A stretch of DNA of 64,000 nucleotides from an uncultured Candidatus Saccharibacteria bacterium (GTDB taxonomy: Bacteria; Patescibacteriota; Minisyncoccia; 2-02-FULL-40-12; GWA2-44-9), in assembly GCA_964356795.1 (NCBI GenBank), contig CAYHIK010000004.1, positions 2,743 to 66,742 on the forward strand. The letters are read 5' to 3'. The notes under the pieces were generated by a model. The model saw only the letters and a program-made list of their open reading frames with translations. It searched no databases and was not told where the DNA came from. The first letter of the stretch is position 1, and each line of letters opens with the position of its first letter. The translations under genes were made by a program, and so were the position numbers. This document shows positions 63,608 to 64,000 of the stretch, one piece after another.

Positions 63608-64000
63608 ACCGCGTACCATATCAAAACGAAAGCCGAGTGGATACGCCACCTCTCCCCTCATCCCCCGCGAGACCATACCCCGACTCATCTCTCGCTACAC
63701 ACGAATAGCGCACGGCCAATTCCATACGACGCATCAAACCAAGATGATGCGTCTGGAGGAATCGACTACGTGCGCTACTTATTTCTCGCGAGCCGCTTCG
63801 CTACGATTTCGCTGGGATATGGTCTCGCAATGAATGCGCCTGCCCTCGGAGCGATCCCCTTGGGCCAGAGAGCCATCGTGAGCACCAAGCTATAGCAATG
63901 GCATCCGAGATGAGTGCCCGGAATCATCCGCATGACCGGAGCCTAAAGACGGAGTCGACGGCGGAGATTCGGATGATTCCGTGGCACGAAGAGGATGCCG

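Noticed and set aside
63750-64000. Possible tmRNA 5' end (GGAATCGAC)
   Set aside because: There is no credible tag ORF and no tRNA-like acceptor or T-arm within the window. It is listed only as a low-interest finding.

Overview
This is a 64-kb, gene-dense bacterial window of about 55% GC. Most genes run co-directionally on the minus strand. The gene mix (RNase Y, a DsbA–VKOR–DsbA cluster, an AI-2E transporter, a pilin-like protein, many small secreted hypotheticals) suggests a small-genome bacterium, but that is inference only.

Housekeeping genes recognised from motifs: rny, mnmA, nadK, a DedA protein, a D-2-hydroxyacid dehydrogenase plus glycerate kinase, msrB, an RsuA/RluB-type pseudouridine synthase, an ABC-F ATPase, ybaB, rarA, engB (ysxC), dut, two ECF sigma factors (one heading a MacAB-like efflux operon), and a single tRNA-Gln(UUG).

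Features that stand out:
1. An approximately 7.7-kb co-directional cluster encoding a 1519-aa internally repetitive protein, an S51 (PepE-like) peptidase, a divergent SelO/YdiU-like kinase-fold protein and three translationally coupled small ORFs.
2. A second SelO-like protein fused to two cNMP-binding domains.
3. An operon encoding a J-domain/pseudokinase-like protein, a vWA protein and a divergent adenylosuccinate-synthetase (PurA)-like enzyme, divergent from a Nudix-wHTH (NrtR-like) regulator with a candidate palindromic operator.
4. A three-copy structured about 105-nt element with compensatory base changes (candidate ncRNA or repeat family).
5. Next to tRNA-Gln, an array of small gene cassettes, each with a near-consensus TTGACA–N18–TATAAT promoter carrying a palindrome in its spacer and a conserved upstream motif. 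About 230-bp repeats (and a partial third copy at the window start) contain 17-nt copies of the tRNA-Gln 3' end, the signature of tRNA-targeted integration or recombination.

No rRNA, CRISPR array, transposase or integrase gene was recognised. All functional calls come from motif-level reading of the translated ORFs and need HMM or structure searches to confirm.
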